From: Nemertoderma westbladi
Lineage: Eukaryota > Animalia > Xenacoelomorpha
Direction of reading: 5' to 3'
DNA length: 64,000 nucleotides
Assembly: GCA_032718475.1 (NCBI GenBank)
Contig: JAUCBJ010006938.1
Coordinates: 87,026-151,025 of the forward strand
Of the stretch, positions 63,031 through 64,000 are shown piece by piece. Position 1 is the first letter of the stretch, and the number at the start of each line of letters is the position of its first letter. A program made the translations under genes and the position numbers. The notes under the pieces are model-generated. The model saw only the letters and a list, made by a program, of their open reading frames with translations. It ran no database searches and was not told the DNA's origin.

Positions 63031-63612
63031 TATACCGCCTACAGGATCCTAGTAACGATGTACCTTACTGTAGAATCTAGCAGTGTATAAGGGCTCGTAC
63101 AGTATCTGACAATAAATCCCAGTCCAGGGTGTCTAAATAAACAGATACCAGGTACACAAACTACTACTGGCGAGGAACGGAGCCTGATGTCTATTCTAAT
63201 ACGTGGGCGACTCAAATGCCCGGGCGAACTAGACAAAACAGGATACCTGGCCTCTAACCAGTGAGGCAGATGTACAGTCTACGGTGACAGACCAAACTCA
63301 CGAGGAAACAATCCCCGCGCAGTGAATCCTAACTATCGCTAACGGACCTAAATACTGTAAACTTGCCGCGATGTGATTTATATGGTTTATATACGAGCTA
63401 GTGGATCAACAGACTAGCGTAACAATACTGCCGAAAGGAAAATAGCAGTCAAAAGGGGTGCCCCTAAAATACCTCTTATATGCTGTAAAACTAAATATTA
63501 AATATCTCCTCAAATTACCAAATTACAGAAATTACAGAACTACAAAATATTAAACGATAAAACAAAGGAAGGACTGTCAGCCACAGGTATGAAAAAATAG
63601 GTAATTAGGCCT

Positions 63613-63653
63613 AGCAGACGTTTCGGAAGCCAATGGCTATCTTTATCAATGCT
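63613..63653 (-). ncRNA. Possible minimal hammerhead ribozyme (U3/A8 variant), Penelope-type
   Basis: AGCA-TTGATAA-agatagccattggcttcc-GAAA-CGTC-TGCT: 4-bp stem I, AGCC/GGCT stem II, GUC site. Confidence 0.45.
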
Positions 63654-63659
63654 TAATTT

Positions 63660-64000
63660 ATGTATGCTACAGCGCACATACAACAACTACAACTCACATA
63701 TACAGAATAATAATAAAGTATATACCATAAACAGTAGGCCTACACATATACAAAGCACATACAGTATAATATAAATGAATACACAGTACACGACAACTGC
63801 AACGCATATATACAGTATAATAATAAGGTATAAACACTAAACATTACACATATACAAAGCACATACAGTATAATATAAACGCATACACCGTACACAACAA
63901 CTACAACGCACATATACAGTAAAATAATAAAGAATAAACACTAAACAGTACACATATACAACGCACATATACAGTAAAATAATAAAGAATAATTTATTAT
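63660..64000. repeat. A/C-rich diverged tandem repeats
   Basis: Recurring CACATATACAGT(A)ATAATAAAG and ACAACTACAAC blocks. Confidence 0.75.

Noticed and set aside
63069-63590. Possible solo LTR after the RTEX-like LINE
   Set aside because: No TG...CA pair with a matching TSD found

Overview
Eukaryotic (invertebrate-like, AT-rich) genomic DNA dominated by nested retrotransposons, which sit in and around a spliced + strand host gene. The readable host exons encode signal peptide-PAN/apple (13029-13302), PAN/apple (17399-17683), EGF-like (18058-18189) and a beta/gamma-crystallin motif (51583-51712). LTR elements whose ends and target-site duplications (TSDs) I could read: two CsRN1/Kabuki-type Gypsy elements (657-9046 and 33884-48585), a 15.4 kb BEL/Pao element with extra 3' ORFs (18489-33840), a young Mag-type Gypsy (43641-48145), a gag-only BEL-like element carrying a hairpin array (52214-59377), and solo LTRs. 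Non-LTR elements: a CRE-like restriction-like-endonuclease (RLE) element with long 10-aa repeats (38214-48480), which hosts the Mag element, plus decayed RTE, L2/CR1-like and RTEX-like LINEs. The most unusual signals are: (i) a 368-bp direct+inverted repeat with a hammerhead ribozyme core between Pol III A/B-box-like motifs; (ii) a Mag-type element with no tRNA primer-binding site (PBS) but a perfect 15-nt complement to its own LTR, suggesting self-priming; (iii) the gag-only element's stem-conserved hairpin array; (iv) the PAN-PAN-EGF-crystallin gene architecture. All calls are by eye; no database searches were run.
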